A stretch of DNA of 64,000 nucleotides, taken from positions 2,436 through 66,435 of the forward strand of contig PWRN01000020.1 in assembly GCA_003556225.1 (NCBI GenBank), given 5' to 3'. This stretch comes from Syntrophomonadaceae bacterium. Its GTDB lineage: Bacteria > Bacillota > Dethiobacteria > DTU022 > UBA8154. The notes beneath the pieces are model-generated. The model did not search any database. It saw nothing but the letters and a program-made list of their open reading frames with translations, and had not been told where the DNA came from. The position numbers were made by a program, and so were the translations under genes. Positions 50,373 through 59,286 of the stretch are shown piece after piece. Positions within the stretch are counted from its first letter, which is position 1. The number at the start of each line of letters is the position of its first letter.

Positions 50373-52190
50373 TTGAGCCTGGATATCGTGCTGGTACTGT
50401 TCATTCTGCTGGCGGTAATCCTGCTTTTTATCACAGGATGGGTACGGCTGGATATTGTGCCTTTCCTGGTGCCTCTCGCCTTGATTGGCGCGAATCTTGT
50501 CAGCCCCGCAGAGGTATTTGTCGGTTTCAGCAGCGCCGCGGTGATCACCGTTGCCTCACTTTTCGTGATCAGCGCCGGCCTGGTGCGCAGTGGTGTCGTC
50601 AACCGTGTCGCTGATTTCTTAAGGCATATCACAGGTGAAAGCCCGTTTCGTCTTCTCCTGGCCAGCACGGCCCTGCCGGGTATTTTTGCCGGATTCATCG
50701 TTGTAACCGCCACGGTGTTTTTCTTTGTCCCCACGGTTATGCGCATTGCCCTGCACAGCAATGTGCCCCGGAGCAGGCTGCTCCTTCCCATGGCCGCAGC
50801 CTGTCTCCTGGGGGCAAATCTGACGATTATCGGTGCTTCCCATAACCTGGTGGTAGACAGCTTGCTCCGGGCTTCCACGGGAGCAGGTTTTTCTTTCTTT
50901 GAGCTACTGCCCTTAGGGGTATTTCTGTTGGGCGCCGCCGTGGTCTACAATATTGCGCTTGGTTCACGGTTACTTCCTGTGGGAGAAGATGCCACGACAA
51001 ACAAAAGTGCGGACCCTGGAGACAGCCTTGTGAGAGCTTATCACCTGCATGACCGGATGTGGGAACTTTGGGTGAAAAAGAAGACCGCCGCTGAGGGCAA
51101 ATCTTTGCGCGAGATGGGCCTGGGAGAACGTTACGGTTTAAGCCTGATCACTATTGTCAGGGCGCAGGAAGAACTGTCTGCAGAGTCCATCGAGCAGCCC
51201 TTGCAGGCAGATGATGTGCTGCTGGTCCTGGGCCGGGAAGAGAAAATTAATGCCCTGGCCGAGCAGGAAGGCCTTTTCGTGGCCGGGTACCCCCGGGAGC
51301 AGGTGGCATTTCCCCTGAGCACCGCTGAACTGGTGGAACTGGTTGTCCCTCCCCGCTCGCCGGTGATTGGAAAAACGCTGCGTGAGCTGAATTTTCGAGA
51401 GAAAACCGGGTTAAGCGGCATTGCTCTCTGGCGCAACGGGAGGCCCTGGCGCACGGATGTGGGCAGCCAACCGATCCAGGAGGGGGATGGGCTGCTGCTG
51501 TTTGGAAGCCGCAGCAATACACGCAGTTTTAAACCCGGGGATTCGTTTCGCTGGCTGCATGCGCCCAGGGAAGAGGAAGCGCCCCAGGAACTCTGGCACC
51601 TGGGGCCTTATGCTGCCTTGATCCTTATCCTGGTGATTGTCAGCGCCGCCCTGGGATGGCTTCCCATTGCCGTGGCCGCCTTAAGCGGTGCTGCCGGGAT
51701 GCTCCTGCTAAATATCCTTACCCCTCAACAGGCCTACGAGGTGGTGGAATGGCGGACGGTGATCCTGATCGGCTGTCTCTATCCCCTGGGCCTTGCCCTG
51801 GAGAACAGCGGCGCTTCCGCCCTGCTGGCCAAGTTCCTGCTGGATACCCTGGGATCTTTCGGGCCCACGGGTGTCCTGTTGGGGGTCGCCTTTTTCTCCA
51901 TGCTCCTGACCCAGCCGCTGCACAATGTTGCAGCTGCCGTGGTCATGACCCCGGTTGCATTTGATGTCGCGCAGGCCCTGGGCGCGAATCCAAAAGCCTT
52001 TGCTGCTGCGGTGATTGCCGGCGTTTCAGCGGCTTTTCTTATGCCGATAGGTCACCCGGCGCCTTTGCTGGTGCAGCACCTGGGCAATTACAAGCCGCAG
52101 GATTATCTGCGGTTTGGACTCGGATTATGCCTCGTCGTCCTGGCGATCATTGCCCTGATCGTCCCGCGAATTTGGCCCTTTGGTCTTTAA
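50373..52190 (+). CDS. SLC13/DASS family permease with two TrkA-C domains
   Basis: GFSSAAV, LTIIGASHNL, soluble GKSLRE and GKTLRE repeats, FLMPIGH. Confidence 0.88.
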   Translation: MSLDIVLVLFILLAVILLFITGWVRLDIVPFLVPLALIGANLVSPAEVFVGFSSAAVITVASLFVISAGLVRSGVVNRVADFLRHITGESPFRLLLASTALPGIFAGFIVVTATVFFFVPTVMRIALHSNVPRSRLLLPMAAACLLGANLTIIGASHNLVVDSLLRASTGAGFSFFELLPLGVFLLGAAVVYNIALGSRLLPVGEDATTNKSADPGDSLVRAYHLHDRMWELWVKKKTAAEGKSLREMGLGERYGLSLITIVRAQEELSAESIEQPLQADDVLLVLGREEKINALAEQEGLFVAGYPREQVAFPLSTAELVELVVPPRSPVIGKTLRELNFREKTGLSGIALWRNGRPWRTDVGSQPIQEGDGLLLFGSRSNTRSFKPGDSFRWLHAPREEEAPQELWHLGPYAALILILVIVSAALGWLPIAVAALSGAAGMLLLNILTPQQAYEVVEWRTVILIGCLYPLGLALENSGASALLAKFLLDTLGSFGPTGVLLGVAFFSMLLTQPLHNVAAAVVMTPVAFDVAQALGANPKAFAAAVIAGVSAAFLMPIGHPAPLLVQHLGNYKPQDYLRFGLGLCLVVLAIIALIVPRIWPFGL

Positions 52191-52287
52191 GTGTGGAGAT
52201 CTAACCTGTGGGATGAACCCGTGTTACTCTGAGCCGGTTTGTTTTGCTGACTGCTGACTGCATGGAGAAGAAACAGGAGGTTTATAA

Positions 52288-53187
52288 ATGTCCCATGAAG
52301 ATGATATACAAGCCCTGACACGTTTGATGGCAGATTTCACGGCTTTCATTGGTAAACGCCTTCCCGATGACGTGGTCGCGAAACTGCAGGCGCTGAGGGA
52401 CCAAGAGCAAAAGGACCTCTCCAAAGTGGTCTATGACTCCATGTTCGAAAATCTGGCGCAAGCCATTGCCCTGAACCGGCCTGCCTGCCAGGATACAGGG
52501 GTGATCAATTATTTCATCAAGGCGGGGGCCAATTTTCCCTACCTGGCCCGGCTGCAGAATATCCTGGTGCAGGCTGTAAAAACGGCCACCGTGGAAGCTC
52601 CCTTGCGGCACAACGCCGTGGAAATCTTTGAGGAGATCAACACGGGGGACAATACCGGTGAGCGGGCGCCGTTTATTCACTGGGATATCATCAATGACGG
52701 CGATGAAGTAGAAATAGAAGTCTACATGGCGGGGGGTGGATGCAGCCTCCCGGGTAGGGCGATTACATTGATGCCTTCGGCGGGTTATGAGGGGGTCGTG
52801 GATTTTGTATTTGACACCATTGTTAACTGGGGCATTAACGCCTGCCCTCCCCTGCTGGTGGGAGTGGGGATCGCAGGATCGGTTGAAAATGCGGCGCTCC
52901 TGTCCAAGAAGGCCATCTTACGCCCGATCGGTTCCTCCCACCCCAACCTAAAAGGTGCCGCCCTGGAGAAGCGCCTGGAGCAGGGTTTAAATGAACTGGG
53001 TCTGGGACCCCAGGGTCTCTCGGGAAGCGCTACGGTTTTGGGTGTGCACATTGAATCTGCGGCCCGGCACCCCTCCACCATTTCCGCGGCGATTAATATT
53101 GGCTGCTGGGCCCATCGGCGAGGCACTATACGAATCAAAGGGGACTTATCGCATGAAATCATTTCCCACCGGGAGGTAGCGCTGTGA
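52288..53187 (+). CDS. ttdA: L(+)-tartrate dehydratase subunit alpha
   Basis: [30 protein letters not shown]. Confidence 0.88.
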   Translation: MSHEDDIQALTRLMADFTAFIGKRLPDDVVAKLQALRDQEQKDLSKVVYDSMFENLAQAIALNRPACQDTGVINYFIKAGANFPYLARLQNILVQAVKTATVEAPLRHNAVEIFEEINTGDNTGERAPFIHWDIINDGDEVEIEVYMAGGGCSLPGRAITLMPSAGYEGVVDFVFDTIVNWGINACPPLLVGVGIAGSVENAALLSKKAILRPIGSSHPNLKGAALEKRLEQGLNELGLGPQGLSGSATVLGVHIESAARHPSTISAAINIGCWAHRRGTIRIKGDLSHEIISHREVAL

Positions 53188-53789
53188 AAAAAATCCTGAA
53201 CACCCCCATTAAAGCTGAGGATCTCGCAGGGATCCAGATCGGAGACGTGATCTATCTCACCGGACACCTGGTCACATGTCGCGACGTGGCCCACCGCAGG
53301 CTAATCGAGCGGGGTATGGAGCTGCCCGTCGATCTCCGCGGCCTGGCGATATTCCACGCCGGACCTATTGTCAAAAAAGATCATGAAAGGTACGTCATGG
53401 TTTCCATCGGCCCTACGACCAGCATGCGGATGGAAAAGTTCGAAAAGGAGTTTATCGCCAGAACCGGGGTGAAAGTCGTGATCGGAAAAGGTGGAATGGG
53501 GCCCAGGACAGCCGAAGCATGTAAGGAACACCAGGCGATTCACTGCGTGTTTCCGGGAGGCTGCGCGGTACTGGCGGCCACGGAAGTGGAGGAAATTGAA
53601 GGGGTGGAATGGATGGAACTGGGCATGCCGGAATCCCTCTGGATCTGCAGGGTAAAAGAGTTCGGTCCTTTGATCGTTTCCATCGACACGGCAGGGAACA
53701 ACCTCTTCGAGATCAATAAAGAAGTCTTCCGTGAGCGCAAAGATCGCATCGTCGCAGAGATCTCTCGCGAAGTGGGCTTTATTCAATAG
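53184..53789 (+). CDS. ttdB: L(+)-tartrate dehydratase subunit beta
   Basis: [30 protein letters not shown]. Confidence 0.88.
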   Translation: MKKILNTPIKAEDLAGIQIGDVIYLTGHLVTCRDVAHRRLIERGMELPVDLRGLAIFHAGPIVKKDHERYVMVSIGPTTSMRMEKFEKEFIARTGVKVVIGKGGMGPRTAEACKEHQAIHCVFPGGCAVLAATEVEEIEGVEWMELGMPESLWICRVKEFGPLIVSIDTAGNNLFEINKEVFRERKDRIVAEISREVGFIQ

Positions 53790-53867
53790 TGGGAACCTGG
53801 CCCGCTCCGGCATGTTCGTTTGCGATTCATGCAGCCGATTTCTTGCCGGGCGGACACGCTTTTCTTA

Positions 53868-53930
53868 ACAACAACCCACCCTGTCCAGGTTGAAAGAACG
53901 TCGCATCAGACCTGGAGGGTTGGGTTGTTT
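53868..53930 (+). terminator. long hairpin after ttdB
   Basis: AACAACCCACCC.TCCAGGT / ACCTGGAGGGTTGGGTTGTT. Confidence 0.6.
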
Positions 53931-54171
53931 GCATTCAAGCACATGAGTAGAGTCAGAAGAGCCCTATTGAGAGAAAGATTCTCAATTTCATACTAAATGA
54001 AAATATCACGGCGTAAACTGTTCCTCAAGGGCAAAAATGGGGATCAATTTTATTTGACAAATGCTCAATAAATATACTATGATCAATTTGGACATAAGAC
54101 CATAACTGTGCGGCCGGCAAATGTGTGCAAAATCTTTCTTGATCATGTGATAGAAAGGGGTATCAGCCGGG

Positions 54172-54981
54172 ATGAGTTCAGAGAAACCGTCATCAGAAAA
54201 AGGAAAGAAGGAAATTCCAAAAGTAATGCGTTTCGACATTAAACATGTTATCGCTGTGATGAGTGGAAAGGGTGGCGTGGGTAAATCCTCGATTACCGCC
54301 CTGCTGGCTGTTGGCGCACGCAAGCAGGGTTTCAGCAGCGGGGTGCTGGATGCGGATATAACCGGGCCAAGTATTCCCAAGATGTTTGGATTGAAAAAAT
54401 ATGACCATGGGCAGCGATTTGCCCCGGCGGAAAGTTCACTGGGGATCAAAATCATGTCCCTGAACTTGCTGCTTTTAAATGAGGATGACCCGGTGATCTG
54501 GAGAGGTCCGCTCATCGGCAGAGCAGTCGGACAATTCTGGGGAGATGTTGATTGGGGAGACCTGGACTATCTGTTTATTGATTTGCCTCCAGGAACAGCA
54601 GATGCTCCGTTAACTGTCATGCAGACCATCCCTTTAGATGGTCTGGTGATCGTGAGTTCACCCCAGGGTTTAGCCGTAATGGTTGTGAAAAAAGCGCTGA
54701 AGATGGCGCGATCGATGAATGTTCCGGTCCTGGGCCTGGTGGAAAACATGAGCTATTTTGCCTGCCCGCAATGTCAGGCCAAGGTGGAAATATTCGGTTC
54801 TTTAAAAGGAGAAAAGGTCGCCAGGGCCACAGGCGTGCCTTACCTGGGAAACCTTCCCCTGGATCCAAACCTGGCAGGTTGCTGTGACAGCGGCAGGATA
54901 GAAAGCTACAACAGCGACCTTTTTCTCAAGCTGTTAAACTGCCAGCAGCAGATAAAGGGAAAGGAAAACGTGATCCCATAG
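54172..54981 (+). CDS. Mrp/NBP35 (ApbC) Fe-S carrier ATPase
   Basis: SGKGGVGKS, DADITGPS, DLPPGT, ENMS..CPQC. Confidence 0.93.
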   Translation: MSSEKPSSEKGKKEIPKVMRFDIKHVIAVMSGKGGVGKSSITALLAVGARKQGFSSGVLDADITGPSIPKMFGLKKYDHGQRFAPAESSLGIKIMSLNLLLLNEDDPVIWRGPLIGRAVGQFWGDVDWGDLDYLFIDLPPGTADAPLTVMQTIPLDGLVIVSSPQGLAVMVVKKALKMARSMNVPVLGLVENMSYFACPQCQAKVEIFGSLKGEKVARATGVPYLGNLPLDPNLAGCCDSGRIESYNSDLFLKLLNCQQQIKGKENVIP

Positions 54982-55105
54982 CCTTTACCCGCGGTTCAAC
55001 GCGATAGGTTTACCTCCAACCTGCCCTGTCCCTGTCCCTGTTCATGTATCCAACTTTCTAAAAATCTGATTCAGGCGATTTAATCAGAGAAAGGAGGGAA
55101 TGACA

Positions 55106-55405
55106 GTGCCAAGAGGTAGATACTGGTATGGTCCTGGTTTCTGGAAACGAGACACAAACTGGGTGCCTGGAAGCGGTGGTTTCCGAGGCGGTGCGTATTA
55201 CCGCGGAGGCCCGGGCACGTTTCGCCCGCATGGTTGGGGCTGGGGCCCATGTTACTGGTTTCATGGCGGATATGCCGTTTTCCCGCCCGTCATGTATGAT
55301 CTGGAAACCAACGAAGCCGATGATTTGAAGGATCAAGCTAACGCAATCAAGGCTGAAAAGCAAAAAATAGAAAGCAGGCTGGCTGAACTGGAAGAAAAGC
55401 AGTAG
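55106..55405 (+). CDS. Gly/Arg/aromatic-rich DUF5320-like protein
   Basis: PRG..GPG N-terminus, Gly-rich middle, C-terminal coiled coil; typical Mrp neighbour. Confidence 0.7.
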   Translation: MPRGRYWYGPGFWKRDTNWVPGSGGFRGGAYYRGGPGTFRPHGWGWGPCYWFHGGYAVFPPVMYDLETNEADDLKDQANAIKAEKQKIESRLAELEEKQ

Positions 55406-55442
55406 AATCAGTCACCATCATCCAGCGGCAAAGCAGGCAGTT

Positions 55443-55473
55443 GAGGGTGTCCTAAACACCCTTTCTTTTTTTT
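55443..55473 (+). terminator. intrinsic terminator
   Basis: AGGGTGT/ACACCCT then T tract. Confidence 0.65.
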
Positions 55474-55597
55474 AGTATGACGTACATTTGTTTTCGGGAA
55501 CCGCCGTGATTGCATTCCTGAAAGCTCTGCAGGAGAAGGATGTTGTCGCGTCGAAAAATCAAAAGGCCAGCAACAAGATGCAAAGGTCGGTGGGACA

Positions 55598-56134
55598 ATG
55601 CTGAAAGATTCATTGGAAGTGCTGTTTAGAAAACATGGATTTGATGATTATCGCTGGATCCGCGCGGACCAGATCCAGGTTGCCCATTGGGTGCGGTTTA
55701 AATGCATGTTCGGATGTTCCAGCTACGGGAAAAAAGGGACTTGCCCTCCCCAGGTCCCTGCGGTAGAAGAGTGCCGCGCTTTTTTTGCTGATTACAAGAA
55801 AGCGGTCCTTTTTCACCTGGCGAAAGCGGTGGAGAAGCCGGAGGATCGCGTCCCGTGGAGCAAGGAGATCAGCCGGCACTTAATCCAATTGGAAAGGGAG
55901 GTGTTCTGGTCCGGTTATCATAAGGCTTTCATGCTTTTTATGGACGAGTGCCGTTTTTGTGAAGCATGTACGGGTACCCGGGAAAGCTGTGTGAACAAAG
56001 AAGACGCACGGCCTGGCCCGGAATCCCTGGCTGTGGATGTTTTTGCTACAGCCCGCAGCGCCGGTTATCCCCTCGAGGTGCTGCGTCACTACGATCAAAC
56101 CATGAACCGCTACGCCATCCTCCTGGTGGAGTAG
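55598..56134 (+). CDS. DUF2284 Cys-rich metal-binding protein
   Basis: VRFKCMFGC..YG...CPP, CRFCEAC, ARPGPESLAVDV. Confidence 0.85.
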   Translation: MLKDSLEVLFRKHGFDDYRWIRADQIQVAHWVRFKCMFGCSSYGKKGTCPPQVPAVEECRAFFADYKKAVLFHLAKAVEKPEDRVPWSKEISRHLIQLEREVFWSGYHKAFMLFMDECRFCEACTGTRESCVNKEDARPGPESLAVDVFATARSAGYPLEVLRHYDQTMNRYAILLVE

Positions 56135-56398
56135 ACGTTTTGTCACAATAGCCCATGGCTTTGCTTATTGTTGCAATTCCGGCGCTTCTCTTGGACAAGA
56201 AACTTTTGTAGAAATCATCAAAATGATTGAACAATTTTTACAATCTGCAAGGAGATTGCGTAATGTTTCTTGAATATAAGTTTATAAAGAAATTTCTAAT
56301 ACCATTTAACCAAGGAATAAGAAGATTGCTTGAGTTTAGATCCTAAAAGGCGGCCGAAACGTGTTTGGGGACTTTCTGCGAAGGAGGCTGCTGGGACG

Positions 56399-56708
56399 AT
56401 GAAAGTCGAATGACGTGGAGATCATGGCGTGATCACCCTTCCACAGGAAGTGAATCTCATCAATGTCTCAGAGTTCAAGCAGGCAGTCCAATCGCTTAGC
56501 GACCAGGCATGCAACCCAATATATGTTGATTGCTCTCAGCTCAAAATGATAGACAGCGCCGGTCTTGGCAGCTTTGTGCTTTGCCAAAAGCAGCTGAAGA
56601 AGCAAGGCGGTGAACTGAGGCTTGCCAACGTGTAACGTGTATCATGAATATGTCAAACACCTCTTTGATATGATCGATTTAAAGAGGGTTATTAAGATTG
56701 AAGAATGA
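56399..56708 (+). pseudogene. STAS domain anti-sigma-factor antagonist pseudogene
   Basis: IDSAGLG motif; in-frame TGA at codon 5 and 7-bp duplication AACGTGT at 56627-56640. Confidence 0.85.
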
Positions 56709-56798
56709 TCCCCGTAAGAATGACCCCTGCGAGAGATAAGAAAGCAGTTTTCCAGGACCCGGGTAGTTGCAGCGGGTTAACACAGGAGAAGAAGGAGG

Positions 56799-57320
56799 AT
56801 GATCCTGTTGCCGGAACAACTAACACTCTGGCCTGGTGATGAACAAAAACCGCCAGGCGTGGATAAACGCCTTCACGTGCTCAAACGGCTTGAGATTGCC
56901 CCGTTCATTCCCCACGAAGTTTTTGCACGCTATTACCAGGATACCGGAAGACCGCCATATCCCCTGGAGTCCATGCTTCTGGCTTTGCTCGCACAGGAGC
57001 TGTTTAAAATTCCTACCACGGAACTGCTCATAACCGTGCTGCGTATCTCCCCACTTTTATGCCGCTGTTGCGGTTTTCACAAAAGCATACCCGATGAATC
57101 GACCTTTCGCCGCTTTAAGCAACGACTGGGACCTGGTGTAGCCGAGCAGCTCCTGGATAAAGCATGCCAGGAAGCCCATCGTTTGCTGGAGCAGGAGCTT
57201 TCTGTTCCTCCCCTACCCGCCGCGGTGCGTTTTCGGCGTTTCCACCAGGAAAGGGAAAATGGCGCTGTTGGCGTGCAACCACAGATTACGTATATCATGG
57301 GAACACGAGAAGAAGGCTAA
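56799..57320 (+). mobile_element. truncated transposase (DUF772-type N-terminal domain, IS5/IS1182-like), no DDE domain
   Basis: GRPPYPLESML, CGF..IPDESTFRRF; ends at 173 aa. Confidence 0.75.
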
Positions 57321-57355
57321 AAAAAGACGCGAAAACCACTGTAAGGGAGAGTAAT

Positions 57356-58024
57356 ATGTGCGGGCGGTTTTCCTTTTTTGATTTTTTAGGTTTTCAGATG
57401 CGATTTAGCTTGCAAATTCCCGCTTTGATCCAGCCACGGTACAATATTGCTCCTTCGCAAGAGATCCTGGCTATTGTTAACCCCAACCTTGAGGGCTACC
57501 AAACCGCTTTTTTCAAATGGGGTCTTATCCCTTACTGGTCAAAAGACGGCTCTTCGGCCAGAAAGATGATCAATGCCCGGGCAGAAACCGTGGATCAAAA
57601 GCCCAGCTTTAAGCAAAGTTTTCAAAAAAGAAGGTGCCTGATTCCGGCTGACGGTTTTTTTGAATGGGAAAAACAGGAAATTGGGAAGAAACCTTACAGG
57701 ATCGTTTTGAAAAATCGTGAAGTGTTTGCCTTTGCCGGCTTGTGGGATGCCTGGACTGATCCCTCAGGGCAGACGGTGCATTCCTGCACCATCATCACGA
57801 CTTCTGCCAATTCGCTGCTTGCAGCCATCCACCTTCGCATGCCGGTCATTCTCGCCAAAGAGGCAGAAGAAGCCTGGCTTCACCCCGAAACCGATCAGCT
57901 TACCCTGAAAAACCTCCTCTTGCCTTATCCGGCAGCATTGATGGAAAGTTATGAAGTATCCGTGCGCGTAAATTCTCCCCGCAATGACGACCCGAGCATC
58001 ATTGAACCTCTGCGTACTCCTTGA
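57356..58024 (+). CDS. SRAP family abasic-site processing protein (YedK/HMCES-like)
   Basis: MCGRF with catalytic Cys2; INARAET, GFFEW, IHLRMP. Confidence 0.95.
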   Translation: MCGRFSFFDFLGFQMRFSLQIPALIQPRYNIAPSQEILAIVNPNLEGYQTAFFKWGLIPYWSKDGSSARKMINARAETVDQKPSFKQSFQKRRCLIPADGFFEWEKQEIGKKPYRIVLKNREVFAFAGLWDAWTDPSGQTVHSCTIITTSANSLLAAIHLRMPVILAKEAEEAWLHPETDQLTLKNLLLPYPAALMESYEVSVRVNSPRNDDPSIIEPLRTP

Positions 58025-58085
58025 TGGGAATTTCTGATTCCTTTCGCTTTGCTGACCAGGGGTAACCAAAGAAGAGGTGGCAGCG

Positions 58086-59147
58086 ATGAGGATCATTTTC
58101 GTCCCTTCAAGTTTACAACCTGCACACAAAGAGAATCGAGCCCCGACCCCGTTTTCCTGCAGCGAGAAACAAGCCTGCCCTGTTTCCTTGAGATGCCAGC
58201 CTGGGCCAATCCCTGCTGGGCAACCCCTGTTTTTTTCCGCCGCCGTTCTTTTTAGCTTCTTTTTCATGTTCTTCTTTTTCATCGCCGGCTGCACACCTGC
58301 GTTCGAAGAAAGAGGACGGGTTATCGAAAAAGAAGATCATGGTTTTCCCCTGGTTGCCGTAGACTACGCGGGCAGAAAGATCCGTTTTGAAACACCTCCT
58401 GAAAGTTTTATATCCACCCATCCAGCCAACACGGAAATTCTTTTTGCCCTGGGACTGGGCCATAAGGTCAAGGCCGTGACCACCTACTGCGATTACCCCC
58501 CGGAAATAGAAGAACAGCGGCTGGCCTGGGGAGAATGGGATCAGGAAAGGCTGGGTGAAATGGTTCCAGCTTTGCTTCTCGCAGGAGAGAGGCAGGTACT
58601 CATGGCGGATTTCGCCGCCATGATTCCTGGCCTTTCCAGCTTCATGCTGGCTCCCAAAGACTATGACGAAGTTGTCGAAGCTATTCTCCTGGTAGGTGAG
58701 ATCGCGGACAGCGAAGGGTCAGCTGCCGAAATAGCTGCGAGGATGAAAGAAAAAAAGGATCAAATCCGCCGATGCGCCGCAAGGGTTCAACCCGCGGAGC
58801 AGCCCACCGTTCTGGTTTTGGCCCTCTTTGAAGAGATCATGGCTGCCGGAGAAAATACATTGGCAAACGAACTGATTGATCTGGCTGGCGGGATCAATGC
58901 TGCTGCCACGGGGGAAGGGTTTTATGCGCTGGGGGAAAATGAGCTTTTAAGCCTGGATCCGGAAATAATCATCTTTCTTACTCCCTGGGAAGACTACTTT
59001 GCTGCACGAAACTGGCGTCATGACTTAAAGGCTTTTCAAAATAACCGGATTTATTCCCTGGAAGGAGCCCTTGTTCTCAGGCCCGGTCCCAGGTTGGCCC
59101 AGGGGTTGGAAGCGATCTTTGAGTGCCTCCACGGTGTCGAGTTTTAA
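58086..59147 (+). CDS. helical-backbone ABC substrate-binding lipoprotein (BtuF/cobalamin-like)
   Basis: FIAGC lipobox; PANTEILFALG, YCDYPPE, RPGPRL; start uncertain. Confidence 0.82.
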   Translation: MRIIFVPSSLQPAHKENRAPTPFSCSEKQACPVSLRCQPGPIPAGQPLFFSAAVLFSFFFMFFFFIAGCTPAFEERGRVIEKEDHGFPLVAVDYAGRKIRFETPPESFISTHPANTEILFALGLGHKVKAVTTYCDYPPEIEEQRLAWGEWDQERLGEMVPALLLAGERQVLMADFAAMIPGLSSFMLAPKDYDEVVEAILLVGEIADSEGSAAEIAARMKEKKDQIRRCAARVQPAEQPTVLVLALFEEIMAAGENTLANELIDLAGGINAAATGEGFYALGENELLSLDPEIIIFLTPWEDYFAARNWRHDLKAFQNNRIYSLEGALVLRPGPRLAQGLEAIFECLHGVEF

Positions 59148-59176
59148 AGACTGGGTAAATAAAACTTACTATCTAG

Positions 59177-59205
59177 TTGACATAATTATGAGTAAATGCT
59201 ATACT
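59177..59205 (+). promoter_or_regulatory. sigma-A-type promoter of cooS
   Basis: TTGACA-N17-TATACT with extended TG. Confidence 0.7.
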
Positions 59206-59286
59206 ATCAGGTAGTAACGCTTATCCCTTTCTTTCGTAAACCTGGAGTTCTAAAATTTAATAACACGAGGAGGTTAAGATATTACT

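Noticed and set aside
56411-56413. In-frame TGA as possible selenocysteine
   Set aside because: Not a Cys-like position in STAS proteins, CGA-to-TGA is the simpler explanation, and a second lesion exists downstream.
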